From Patescibacteria group bacterium (GTDB taxonomy: Bacteria; Patescibacteriota; WWE3; UBA101185; UBA10185): a DNA stretch of 64,000 nucleotides. This document shows, piece by piece, positions 1-8,613 of this stretch. The stretch is taken from assembly GCA_032117075.1 (NCBI GenBank), contig JAUMAA010000001.1, forward strand, positions 13,597 through 77,596, in the 5' to 3' direction. A program made the position numbers and the translations under genes. The notes under the pieces were generated by a model, which saw only the letters and a list, made by a program, of their open reading frames with translations, was not told the origin of the DNA and did not search any database. The first letter of the stretch is position 1. The number at the start of each line of letters is the position of its first letter.

Positions 1-186
1 ATTGTATGGTTAATTAATATAATACCTTTAATCTCCTTATTTTCCAGAAGAGTTCATGATGTTGATTATTCATTTTGGTATATACTGGTTCCAGGATTTA
101 ATTTGTACATTTTATTTTTAGCTTTTTTCTTCCATGGAACTGATGGGCCAAATAATTTTGGGGATGAGTATTCCGATTTAGAATAA
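1..186 (+). CDS. C-terminal fragment of a DUF805-family inner-membrane protein (gene starts upstream of the window)
   Basis: Frame-1 translation ...IVWLINIIPLISLFSRRVHDVDYSFWYILVPGFNLYILFLAFFFHGTDGPNNFGDEYSDLE* ends at TAA 184-186. A hydrophobic helix followed by G(T)xGPNxFG is the characteristic DUF805/YhaH C-terminus. Confidence 0.5.
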   Translation: MVWLINIIPLISLFSRRVHDVDYSFWYILVPGFNLYILFLAFFFHGTDGPNNFGDEYSDLE

Positions 187-273
187 ATAAAGTATATTCT
201 CATTTAAAAAAATAAATATATAATTTCGGTTAAATCATTCAAATAGTTTGAGTGATTATTTGAGAGGGAAGGT

Positions 274-612
274 ATGATTATCTTTCGAGAAGGGGATGAG
301 GTATTCTTGACAAGCTGTAAGGAACTTTGTGGAATCTACAAACTTTCAGTTCTTCGCGATGGCAAGATTTACATTCACATTACTTCTTCTAAGGACAAGG
401 GTGGAAAGATGTTACTTGGCGGTGTTAAATTGCCTAAGAACATCAAGGACATTCCTAATGGCAATTTTTCTGTGGAAGCTTTGAATTGGTTTTTGAAAGG
501 ACTCAATCTCAAGGCAAGTTCTATTAAGGTAAATAAGGATCACTCAAAATGCGATGTCTTGCTTATGATGAACGATGGAAGAGAATATTCCAAGACTTTT
601 AGTTTGAGGTGA
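274..612 (+). CDS. hypothetical protein, 112 aa
   Basis: ORF with a TGA stop; no recognisable motif. Convergent with the next gene and followed by a GC-rich hairpin. Confidence 0.3.
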   Translation: MIIFREGDEVFLTSCKELCGIYKLSVLRDGKIYIHITSSKDKGGKMLLGGVKLPKNIKDIPNGNFSVEALNWFLKGLNLKASSIKVNKDHSKCDVLLMMNDGREYSKTFSLR

Positions 613-623
613 GGTATAACGAA

Positions 624-660
624 AAGCGGCGCTTCGGTCATAAGACCTCAGCGCCGCTAT
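624..660. terminator. GC-rich extended stem-loop between convergent ORFs (bidirectional terminator candidate)
   Basis: aAGCGGCGC-uuc-GGUC-auaa-GACC-uca-GCGCCGCU: an 8-bp GC stem plus an inner 4-bp stem. On the minus-strand transcript it is followed by UUUUCGUUAU. Strongly GC-rich against an AT-rich background. Confidence 0.5.
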
Positions 661-665
661 CTCTC

Positions 666-923
666 TCAGTTCCAAATACGAGCCAGTAATTCGTAACGTC
701 TCATAACTTCTTCGTAACGAAATTGTTCCGCAGGGAAATAAACTTTTCCTTTTGCGGAATCCTCAATTACAAAGTGTTCTCCGTCCAAGATAGGATTTAA
801 GCGAGCCAGCCATTCTGGCAACAAAAATCCCATATTCTTATACTCCCGAAGGAGTCTATCGAACTCAGTCATAAAAACCTCCTTTGGTTTCATGATTCCA
901 ATATTGGACCTTAAATATAACAA
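666..923 (-). CDS. hypothetical protein, 85 aa
   Basis: ORF MLYLRSNIGIMKPKEVFMTEFDRLLREYKNMGFLLPEWLARLNPILDGEHFVIEDSAKGKVYFPAEQFRYEEVMRRYELLARIWN; no motif recognised. A terminator hairpin lies immediately downstream. Confidence 0.3.
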   Translation of the reverse strand: MLYLRSNIGIMKPKEVFMTEFDRLLREYKNMGFLLPEWLARLNPILDGEHFVIEDSAKGKVYFPAEQFRYEEVMRRYELLARIWN

Positions 924-945
924 ATAATTTCTAAATTGTCAAAAA

Positions 946-2046
946 TTATGGGTTATATCTAGTTTTAAATATATCCATAACTTTATTTAGATTATCTTTT
1001 GTTACAGGACTTTCAAGTTTTTCCCAAACAATTTCTTTTTCCAATTTATCTTGCAGTTTTTTAATATATTCATAAATTTGGCTTCCAAAATCCCCTGTTT
1101 GAAGTGAATTAGTTTCCATTTGAGCTAGAAAATTTGATTGTAGATTTTTTTCATCTGATGAAGATTCTAAATGGACATGTAAGTTATTTTTTCTTCTGAA
1201 ATTGATATTTTTTAGAATTAAAAAATTATTTAATAAATCAATTATTACTGAGGTATTTATTTTTTTAAGTCTAAATAGATTTGCATTAGATAAATCTAAA
1301 ATATAATAATGATGAATATCTCTATTAGATAGAAGATGAGTTAAATTATAAATGGAAGTTTGGATACTGTTTGAATCAATGTTTGGATTAAAATTTAATT
1401 TGTAATCAATTAAAAAGTTATCATATTTTCTAAGTGTTTTTGTGTGAGTTGTAGGATGTCTCCCAGTTAGGTCTGGATTATTATATAAAGTTATTTGTCC
1501 TTTATTTTTACTGTGATTTAAATTCAATGAAATAGAATCTTTTTTTCTTACTTCCTGAAATCCTAATTTTTTAGCTGTACCAAATCCTATCATCACCCCT
1601 TTAATTATTTCTTCCTTAATTTTGTCATCCTCTAATTCTGCAAGAAATTTCAAAATGTCATAATTAATATTTTCCTCATCTGTCTTTAAATCTTCTAGTA
1701 AGTTTCCATCCCTAAAATTTATATATTCCAAAACTTCTAATGATTTTTGAAAATTCAATTTATTTCTATATACATAATCTAAAATATAGTGAATTGTTTT
1801 ACTGATTTTCATTTGTTCAGTTTCAACTGGTTTTCCTAATTTTCTTTTTTGAAAATGACAATGAGGGCATGTCAGAAAACTTTGTAAATTGGTTGGTGTA
1901 ACTGATCTGGAAATAAACCGTTCTGGATTGGAATTAAAAGTGTAAGAGAGGTTATTATTTTTTAAATAGCTAACCAATTCTTTTTTTGAATTTTCGCCTT
2001 CGTAGGTTGGAAACATTATTTTCTTTCTTTGGTCAGGAATTTTCAA
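946..2046 (-). CDS. PD-(D/E)xK (RecB/Cas4-like fold) nuclease-family protein, 366 aa
   Basis: Ordered motifs typical of RecB-family nucleases: N-terminal ...SRSVTPTNLQSFLTCPHCHF (compare Cas4/DUF83 's.sdl..fl.CPr.fyl'); then NNPDLTG (PD); then FLIDYK (hhhD-x-K); then IQTSIY (QxxxY). No C-terminal Cys triad, so not a canonical Cas4. Confidence 0.4.
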   Translation of the reverse strand: MKIPDQRKKIMFPTYEGENSKKELVSYLKNNNLSYTFNSNPERFISRSVTPTNLQSFLTCPHCHFQKRKLGKPVETEQMKISKTIHYILDYVYRNKLNFQKSLEVLEYINFRDGNLLEDLKTDEENINYDILKFLAELEDDKIKEEIIKGVMIGFGTAKKLGFQEVRKKDSISLNLNHSKNKGQITLYNNPDLTGRHPTTHTKTLRKYDNFLIDYKLNFNPNIDSNSIQTSIYNLTHLLSNRDIHHYYILDLSNANLFRLKKINTSVIIDLLNNFLILKNINFRRKNNLHVHLESSSDEKNLQSNFLAQMETNSLQTGDFGSQIYEYIKKLQDKLEKEIVWEKLESPVTKDNLNKVMDIFKTRYNP

Positions 2047-2061
2047 ATTACAAATGAGAAT

Positions 2062-2091
2062 GGCGGTGTGGGTCTAGGACCCAACACCGCC
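2062..2091. terminator. 13-bp GC-rich stem-loop (terminator for the minus-strand small basic protein gene)
   Basis: GGCGGUGUGGGUC-uag-GACCCAACACCGCC (one bulged A). On the minus-strand RNA the stem is followed by AUUCUCAUUUGUAAUUUG. Sits between the stop of 2124..2363(-) and the start of 946..2046(-). Confidence 0.5.
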
Positions 2092-2123
2092 AAAAATCTC
2101 TCTCTGAGTTCTCTTTCTTCTTT

Positions 2124-2363
2124 CTAAAGAGAAAGTTTTACACCTCCCTCATTCAAGTTCTTGATTTCCCGAGAAATTTGTGTGCATACCATGTCGCTTT
2201 GGATAGCGACAGTGTACATGTCCTTTCGGACACCTGAACGAATGATTTCCCTTCTCACCTCTTGGTAAAGAACCTTTTTCACTTCGTTTTCCGTTCTGGC
2301 CGTAATGACCAGTCCGCGAAGGGCCCTTTTAACTCGGGCAACCAAGGAATTGTTGCGTGGCAT
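2124..2363 (-). CDS. small basic protein, 79 aa from the internal ATG
   Basis: The ORF track gives 2124..2453. The ATG at 2361-2363 is preceded by AGGAGG on the minus strand (tttccaaAGGAGGaaaatATG), so the true start is probably M31. Product MPRNNSLVARVKRALRGLVITARTENEVKKVLYQEV... is Arg/Lys-rich. It could be a nucleic-acid-binding or ribosomal-type protein, but no family was recognised. Confidence 0.35.
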   Translation of the reverse strand: MPRNNSLVARVKRALRGLVITARTENEVKKVLYQEVRREIIRSGVRKDMYTVAIQSDMVCTQISREIKNLNEGGVKLSL

Positions 2364-2489
2364 ATTTTCCTCCTTTGGAAATTGATGCCTTGCCCTACCC
2401 CGAACTCTTTGGGTGGGTCTTGTAATTATACTCCTTTTTGAAAAAAATATCAAATTTTGGTGTTAAAATAAAGAAATCAGACCGCACCT

Positions 2490-2579
2490 GGAGGGATGCG
2501 AGAGTGGCCTATCCGGCTCGCCTGGAAAGCGACGCGTCGAGAAATCGGCACATGGGTTCGAATCCCATTCCCTCCGCCA
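2490..2579 (+). tRNA. tRNA-Ser (anticodon GGA), class II with a long variable arm, CCA encoded
   Basis: GGAGGGA-UG-...-CUCGC-[CUGGAAA]-GCGAC-[GUCGA-GAAA-UCGGC]-AC-AUGGG-UUCGAAU-CCCAU-UCCCUCC-G-CCA. 7-bp acceptor stem; T-arm GGGUUCGAAUCCC; anticodon loop CUGGAAA is identical to E. coli tRNA-Ser(GGA); variable-arm hairpin. One C-C mismatch at the top of the anticodon stem. Confidence 0.9.
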
Positions 2580-2618
2580 TGAATGGAGATGAGAACCCAT
2601 CAGCATCAGACCCCCATT

Positions 2619-3722
2619 TTATTTATAAAATTCTCTATTGTAATAATATTGTCTGATTGTTAGCTCAATTAACTCATATTGAAAAAAGATTTTATTAAAG
2701 TATGGATTTTCTGCAGGTTTTAATTTGCCATTTTTATCTTCAAAAATTCCTGTGGCAGTCATTACTTTTTTCGGTCTTTCTTCAATAATATCTACATGAA
2801 GATAATTTTGATAATTAGGTTTTAGTCCTTTAACCAACCTACTTTGAATTCTTTCCATGTTTTCGATATCTATTTCATTCAAATCAATATTTTCATTATT
2901 TTTAAAAAAATTTGTACCCAAAATTTTAATTCGGTGATTTAAATCGGGATCCTTGAAGCCTAAAGTTTTGAGAATTTGTTCAGGTATACTTCCTGTAAAT
3001 CCAGTATCGAAAATAATTAAATCTTGATCATGAAGTATTTCATTACTTGTTAGATACTTTTCCCTATCCATTTCACTGTAATTATCTTTTATGAAGGTAT
3101 TGTAATTAATATATTTAGGTTTTATTTTTATAACTTCTCTATGGCTAAAATCTTCCACTTTTAATTTTCTTCTTTGAGCAATGTCTCCTGCCCTCCTTGC
3201 TTCATATGCATAAATACCATCCCTTCCCAAATAGACTTCAAATTTCTTATTTTGATTTTGAAGAGAGTCGAGTTCTGAGAATAATAAATCATATTTCGGC
3301 ACATCTTTTTCAATAACATCTATTATTTCAGATAAGCCATCTTTTAGTTCATTGCTCAAAGTTTTAAAATTAATATAAGTAATATTCTTTAATTTTCCAA
3401 AACAAAGAACTGAAAGATACTTTGAATACCTTTGTAAAATTCTTTCATAAAACTTGTTTTTAGTTAGAAAGATAGTTTTGAAACTTTCTTTTGCTTTAAA
3501 ATTTTTAGAAATGTTTTGCTCAAATAGACTAATTTCTTTAGTGAAAATATTGATAAGTTCGACTAGTGCCTCCAGTTGTAGTTCTGTAAAATTGTCATTT
3601 TGATCCAAATTACCTTTTAGAATTCTATAAAAATCCTTAGATCCTTTCTCGTAGGATTCCAATTCTTTTTTCTCCCTTTGGTATGGGTCGTTTGGTAATA
3701 TTTCTTTAAATATTTTATTCAT
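2619..3722 (-). CDS. hypothetical protein, 367 aa
   Basis: Long ORF next to the tRNA-Ser; no confidently recognised family. Contains DLIIFDTGFTGS and KILGTN...DLNEIDIE, which loosely resemble nucleotide-binding or NTase-like motifs. Confidence 0.4.
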   Translation of the reverse strand: MNKIFKEILPNDPYQREKKELESYEKGSKDFYRILKGNLDQNDNFTELQLEALVELINIFTKEISLFEQNISKNFKAKESFKTIFLTKNKFYERILQRYSKYLSVLCFGKLKNITYINFKTLSNELKDGLSEIIDVIEKDVPKYDLLFSELDSLQNQNKKFEVYLGRDGIYAYEARRAGDIAQRRKLKVEDFSHREVIKIKPKYINYNTFIKDNYSEMDREKYLTSNEILHDQDLIIFDTGFTGSIPEQILKTLGFKDPDLNHRIKILGTNFFKNNENIDLNEIDIENMERIQSRLVKGLKPNYQNYLHVDIIEERPKKVMTATGIFEDKNGKLKPAENPYFNKIFFQYELIELTIRQYYYNREFYK

Positions 3723-3763
3723 ATCTTGCGGTATTTTACTAAAAATTGATATAATTTTATCAA

Positions 3764-4336
3764 ATGTTTTCTGCCTCTTTTTGGAAATACATTAAAAAAC
3801 ATAAAGAATTGACTATAGATTTTGTAGTTATATTCTTTGTCCTCATTTTTTCCATCATTTTAGTATCTTCAAAAGTTGAAGAAAAGATTTTAGGAAATTT
3901 TGTTGGTTTTGAATATATCCCATACTTTTTAGCCGGTGTTTTTTCTGTCAATTTTATTACAGCTTTTCCTGCCTATACATTTCTAGCAAAAGTAGTCACT
4001 CCTGAAAATTTTTGGTTAGTTACTACAATGGGTGCGATTGGATCGGTTGTAGGGGATACGTTGATTTTTTCATTTATTAAATTTAGATTACTTGAAAGCA
4101 TGATCAAATCTTTCAAACATAATAGATTTGTAATCTCCATTTTAAAAACTAAAAATCATATTTTAAAATATTTATTAATTTTAGTAGGCTGCCTAATTAT
4201 CATGTCTCCACTTCCAGATGAGTTTGGAGTTTTACTTATTGGACTTTCTAGAATCAAGCATAGACACTTTATTATTCTCTCTTTAATGTTAAACTCACTA
4301 GGAACATACTTGTTTCTTAGATTGTTCTTGCATTAA
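3764..4336 (+). CDS. small polytopic membrane protein
   Basis: 4-5 predicted hydrophobic helices (FVVIFFVLIFSIILV, YFLAGVFSVNFITAF, LVTTMGAIGSVVGDTLIF, LLILVGCLIIMSPLP). Sits 6 nt upstream of dnaG. Confidence 0.4.
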   Translation: MFSASFWKYIKKHKELTIDFVVIFFVLIFSIILVSSKVEEKILGNFVGFEYIPYFLAGVFSVNFITAFPAYTFLAKVVTPENFWLVTTMGAIGSVVGDTLIFSFIKFRLLESMIKSFKHNRFVISILKTKNHILKYLLILVGCLIIMSPLPDEFGVLLIGLSRIKHRHFIILSLMLNSLGTYLFLRLFLH

Positions 4337-4341
4337 ATTAA

Positions 4342-6144
4342 ATGAACAAAAACGTAGAGCTACTCAAATCAAAAATAGATATAGTTAGTTTAATCGGAAG
4401 TTATCTTGAAATAAAAAAATCCGGTTCTAATTACAAAGGAGTTTGTCCTTTCCATAATGAGAAATCTCCTTCATTTATGGTAAATCAAAATTTACAGATT
4501 TATAAATGTTTCGGATGTGGAGAATCCGGAGATATTATTTCCTTTGTTGAAAAGATAGAAGGAGTAGATTTTAAATCTGCCCTAAAATTACTTTCAGAAA
4601 AATTTGGAATACCTTTAGAGGATGATGTGTTTTCAAAAGATGATAGTTCCAAAAAAAGAATTTATGAAATTAATAATTTGACATTAGAGTTCTATCATTA
4701 CTTACTTCTAAATCATGATCAGGGAAAAAAAGCTTTAGAGTATTTAATAGATAGTAGAAACATTTCCAGAGATACAATTAATGAATTTAAATTAGGATAT
4801 GCTCCCAAATCTTGGAGTACCTTGGTAGATTTTTTAAAAAAAAGAGGATACTCCGATGAAGAAATTATTATGGCCAATTTGGGGAATAGAAGTAAAAGAG
4901 GAAATTTGATTGATAAGTTTAGAGATCGTGTTATTTTTCCATACTTCTCCACAGATAGTAGGTGTATTGGTTTTATGGGAAGGACTATCTCAGGAGAAGA
5001 TCCTAAATATCTTAACAGTAGTGACACCCCTGTTTTTAAAAAAGGAGAGTTTTTGTATGGACTTTATAAAACAAAATTGGAAATTAAAAAAGATGGTGCG
5101 ATGATTGTTGAAGGAACGATGGATTTCTTAAAACCTTTTCAAAACGGTATTAAAAACCTTGTAGCTACCTCAGGAACTGCTCTAACGCCTAATCAGTTGG
5201 AGACTATAAAGAGATACACCAATAAATTATATTTTTGTTTTGACTCAGATAATGCCGGTGTATCTGCTATTCTAAGAGGAGTTGAGATTGCTGATAGATA
5301 CGATTTTGAGGTAAGGGTTTGTAATATAAAACCTCCATATAAAGATTTGGATGAGTTTTTTGATAAAGATTTTATACATGCTCAAGATATTTTAAAAAAT
5401 ACCATCGATATAAATGATTTTTATCTTAATGTTTTAACTAAGAGGCATGATAAAAAATCTGCTTCTGGAAAGAAAAATATTTTGAGCGATTTTGGACCAT
5501 TTTATGCCAAAATCGCTAATGAAATAACTAGAAATCATTATTTGAAGAAGTTATCAGAGTTGATTGATACTGATGAGGCATTAATTCAGAAAATGTTAAA
5601 AAATGAATCAAAAGTAACTTTTGAAGAATCACAAAAATCTTCTGCAAAAGCACCTATTAACAGTTCAAATGAAGTAAAAAATACCTCAAAAGGTATTGGT
5701 GAATTAAATAAACTCAAGGAAGCCTCACTAATAGCCATTTTGCTGAGAGGTGACCTTGACACCATTAAACCTATAGTGTTACAATTACCGTCTAATTACA
5801 TTGAAAATACGGACTTAAGGGAAGTTTTAGAAAATTTTAATAATTATCTCCCAAAGATGGAGACCTTGAAATTTGATATTTCTGAATTTCTAAAAACTTT
5901 GAATCCAAATTTAGTAAGTGTAGTTCAAGATTTAATGTTAATGGACTTGGGTTTAGAGATTAATAAAAAAGATCAAATTTTAGCTGAAGCGACAAATTTA
6001 TCATCTTTTATTAAAAAAGAGTATTTAAGAAAAAGAATCAAAGAAATCAGTAACCAGATTAAGGTTGCAGAGAAGGAAAATAATTTAGAAGAAGTAAAAA
6101 TTTTAACTGAGGAGTTTATAAATTTATCTAAATTATTAAATTAA
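4342..6144 (+). CDS. dnaG: DNA primase
   Basis: N-terminal CHC2 zinc finger (CPFHNEKSPSFMVNQNLQIYKCFGCGESGD); TOPRIM region (MIVEGTMDF...CFDSDNAG); followed by rpoD, as in the classical dnaG-rpoD operon. Confidence 0.9.
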   Translation: MNKNVELLKSKIDIVSLIGSYLEIKKSGSNYKGVCPFHNEKSPSFMVNQNLQIYKCFGCGESGDIISFVEKIEGVDFKSALKLLSEKFGIPLEDDVFSKDDSSKKRIYEINNLTLEFYHYLLLNHDQGKKALEYLIDSRNISRDTINEFKLGYAPKSWSTLVDFLKKRGYSDEEIIMANLGNRSKRGNLIDKFRDRVIFPYFSTDSRCIGFMGRTISGEDPKYLNSSDTPVFKKGEFLYGLYKTKLEIKKDGAMIVEGTMDFLKPFQNGIKNLVATSGTALTPNQLETIKRYTNKLYFCFDSDNAGVSAILRGVEIADRYDFEVRVCNIKPPYKDLDEFFDKDFIHAQDILKNTIDINDFYLNVLTKRHDKKSASGKKNILSDFGPFYAKIANEITRNHYLKKLSELIDTDEALIQKMLKNESKVTFEESQKSSAKAPINSSNEVKNTSKGIGELNKLKEASLIAILLRGDLDTIKPIVLQLPSNYIENTDLREVLENFNNYLPKMETLKFDISEFLKTLNPNLVSVVQDLMLMDLGLEINKKDQILAEATNLSSFIKKEYLRKRIKEISNQIKVAEKENNLEEVKILTEEFINLSKLLN

Positions 6145-6150
6145 TAAAAT

Positions 6151-7266
6151 ATGCCAAGAACAAAAAAAGTTGTATCAACCAATCCAAATAAAGAAAAATT
6201 AATTAAGGACTTAATTGTTAAAGGAAAAAAACAAGGTTCTTTGAGTGATGATGACATCTTAAAAGTTTTTCCAAATGTTTATGAGTCAGCTGAAAATTTA
6301 GCTGAATTTGAAACATTGCTAGAAAGATTTGAAAAAGAAGGAATTATGTATATTCCTGATGGTGTTGTTGAAGAAGATGCTAAAGCAAAAGCAATTGTTG
6401 ATGAGTTAAATGATTTAACAACAGTTAAACTTGAGGGAAATGCTTCAACCGACCCAGTTAGAATGTACTTAAAAGAGCTAGGTAAGAACAGACTTTTAAC
6501 ACAACCAGAAGAGGTAGATTTATCTCAAAGAGTTGAAAAAGGGGATAAAGAAGCAAAGAAAATTTTAATTAATTCTAATTTAAGATTAGTTGTTTCTATT
6601 GCAAAAAAATACCCAGCAAAGAAACTGTCACTACTTGATTTGATTCAAGAAGGAAATATTGGTTTGATGAGAGCAGTTGATAAGTTTGACTGGAGAAAAG
6701 GTAATAAATTTTCTACATATGCAACTTGGTGGATTAGACAAGCTATTACTAGGGCAATCGCTGATCAAAATAGAACAGTGAGAGTTCCAGTTCATATGCA
6801 CGAAACAATTAATAAGTATAAAAAAATTGAAAGAGAATTAAAACAAACATTGGAAAGAGAGCCTACTCCTGAGGAAGTTGCAAAAGTTATGGGAATTGAA
6901 ACAGACAGAGCTCACACAATTGTTAAATTGAAGCAAGATACTACCTCTACTTCAGAAAAAGTTGGTAAAGAAGATGACATAACAAGAGGCGAGTTTTTGG
7001 TTGACTCAGCAACCCCTTCTCCTTTCGATACTTCAGCACATGAACTTTTGAAATCCCATATGGAAGGTATTCTTGACACTCTTAATCCAAGAGAAAAGAA
7101 AGTTATCGAATTAAGATATGGAATGAGGGATTCAAGAATAAGAACATTAGAAGAAGTTGGTAAAGAATTTGGAGTGACAAGAGAAAGAATCAGACAGATT
7201 GAAGCAAAAGCTCTTAGAAAACTTAGGCACCCTGCTAGAAGTAAAAAACTAAAAGACTACTTGTAA
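6151..7266 (+). CDS. rpoD: RNA polymerase sigma-70 factor
   Basis: Region 1.2 ([12 protein letters not shown]), region 2 ([17 protein letters not shown]...[17 protein letters not shown]), region 4 ([27 protein letters not shown]). Confidence 0.95.
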   Translation: MPRTKKVVSTNPNKEKLIKDLIVKGKKQGSLSDDDILKVFPNVYESAENLAEFETLLERFEKEGIMYIPDGVVEEDAKAKAIVDELNDLTTVKLEGNASTDPVRMYLKELGKNRLLTQPEEVDLSQRVEKGDKEAKKILINSNLRLVVSIAKKYPAKKLSLLDLIQEGNIGLMRAVDKFDWRKGNKFSTYATWWIRQAITRAIADQNRTVRVPVHMHETINKYKKIERELKQTLEREPTPEEVAKVMGIETDRAHTIVKLKQDTTSTSEKVGKEDDITRGEFLVDSATPSPFDTSAHELLKSHMEGILDTLNPREKKVIELRYGMRDSRIRTLEEVGKEFGVTRERIRQIEAKALRKLRHPARSKKLKDYL

Positions 7267-7307
7267 CAAGCAAGTACTTTTAAAAAACTACTTGTAACAA
7301 GCAAGTA
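7257..7307. repeat. two perfect 20-bp direct repeats, each an internal palindrome, overlapping the rpoD stop codon
   Basis: ctacttgtaacaagcaagta at 7257-7276 and again at 7288-7307 (period 31). Each contains TACTTG-taacaag-CAAGTA. Confidence 0.6.
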
Positions 7308-7329
7308 AATGTTATAATAACTGGATAGA

Positions 7330-7361
7330 GGAGACGATTTATTCGTCTCCTCTTATTTTTT
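7330..7361 (+). terminator. rho-independent terminator of rpoD
   Basis: GGAGACGA-uuuau-UCGUCUCC followed by UCUUAUUUUUU. Confidence 0.7.
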
Positions 7362-8576
7362 CTAATTTAAGTATCTCTCAAAATTTTCTTTATGACTTTG
7401 CACATCAGGTTGGTTGAAAGGATTTATTTTATAAAATAAACCTAGATATAAAACTTCATGCATTCTAAATTGCATATATCTACCTATTTCTTTTTCTAAT
7501 TCATTATCAAAATCAATATTAATAAAGGGTATTTCTTTACTAACAAGATCTCTTTGAATTGACATTGATATTGCATTGTCAATTTCATTGATATCTGTTC
7601 CTAAATATTTTTTTCCAAGAAAAGTTGTGGTGTTTAAAAATAAACTTTCAGAATTTTTTAGAGATATTAAGTTTAAATAAACTTGAGATGAATTTAAATA
7701 AAATTGTAAACTTGAGTGAGCTTCAATAAAAAAATTTCCATGAGATGTAAAAAAGGTGTCATCGTTTTTTCCAAGGGATTCGTTGAAAAGTTGTTTTTCC
7801 CATTTACCTAATTCTTCAAATACCTGATGATTATAAAGATTTTCATTTACTCTGACATTGGCTAAAAATTTTGATGCCGCAACAAGTCCAGAATGGGACT
7901 CTTCTGAAATTAAATTTCTGACTTCTTCTTCTGCCCCTTCAAGTATTTTGACAATATTTACCCCACAAAATGCTAAGGGAGCTAGCCCTACATGACTAAA
8001 AACTGAAAATCTTCCAGAAATTTTTTTGGGGATAGTTAGTATATTCATTTTCTTATGTTTAATTACAGAAGTTTGTGGGTTATTTTCATCAGTTATAAAA
8101 ACAATTCTTGAAGATTCTATATCTAAATAGTTTTGTAAAATTTCGTAATTATAGATTGTTTCAATAGTTTGACCTGATTTGGAGATAATAAATATTAGAT
8201 ATTCATCTTTTTCCATGTTTTTTATTTTTTTTATTGAGGATGAAAGAGTTTTTTCCGAAATATAGTCTATAAATTCTATGGGTAACAGGTTTTTTTCAGT
8301 TTTAATTAAGTTATAAATAGCCTTAGTGCCTTGGATGGACCCTCCTATTCCTATAACAAAAAGTTTCTTTAATTTTTTAAGATCAAATTTTTTTCTAAGT
8401 TCTAGAATCTCAATAATTTGAAATTTACTAAAAGGAAGGTTGATAAAGCTTTCTGGGGTTTTAAATTCCTTTTTTTGAAATGTCTTTTCAAGGTGCTCAT
8501 TAAAATCAATATTTTTTTGAACTAATTTTTCTAGTTTCTCTAGCTCGAAAAGTTGGTTGGACAGTGTAACTTTCAT
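7362..8576 (-). CDS. pgi: glucose-6-phosphate isomerase (short SIS-type)
   Basis: PGI signatures IGIGGSIQGTKAIYNL (GxGGSxxG) and ISKSGQTIETIYN (SKSGxTxET). Confidence 0.7.
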   Translation of the reverse strand: MKVTLSNQLFELEKLEKLVQKNIDFNEHLEKTFQKKEFKTPESFINLPFSKFQIIEILELRKKFDLKKLKKLFVIGIGGSIQGTKAIYNLIKTEKNLLPIEFIDYISEKTLSSSIKKIKNMEKDEYLIFIISKSGQTIETIYNYEILQNYLDIESSRIVFITDENNPQTSVIKHKKMNILTIPKKISGRFSVFSHVGLAPLAFCGVNIVKILEGAEEEVRNLISEESHSGLVAASKFLANVRVNENLYNHQVFEELGKWEKQLFNESLGKNDDTFFTSHGNFFIEAHSSLQFYLNSSQVYLNLISLKNSESLFLNTTTFLGKKYLGTDINEIDNAISMSIQRDLVSKEIPFINIDFDNELEKEIGRYMQFRMHEVLYLGLFYKINPFNQPDVQSHKENFERYLN

Positions 8577-8613
8577 TATTTTATTATATTACTTTTAGCA
8601 TTAAAATATCTAT

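Noticed and set aside
2380-2490. Possible prophage att site: a duplicated copy of the tRNA-Ser 3' end flanking an island
   Set aside because: A by-eye scan of 1-4340 found no second copy of the tRNA 3' terminal 15-20 nt. No integrase or recombinase gene is present in the window, so an intact integrated element is not supported by what is visible.
2438-2656. 72-aa ORF in the six-frame track
   Set aside because: It is fully explained by the tRNA-Ser(GGA) gene at 2490..2579; the 'protein' is a translation of the tRNA.
3760-3951. 63-aa minus-strand ORF overlapping the start of the 3764..4336 membrane protein
   Set aside because: It overlaps a longer hydrophobic ORF and has no motif. It is probably spurious, although the true start of the + strand gene is uncertain.
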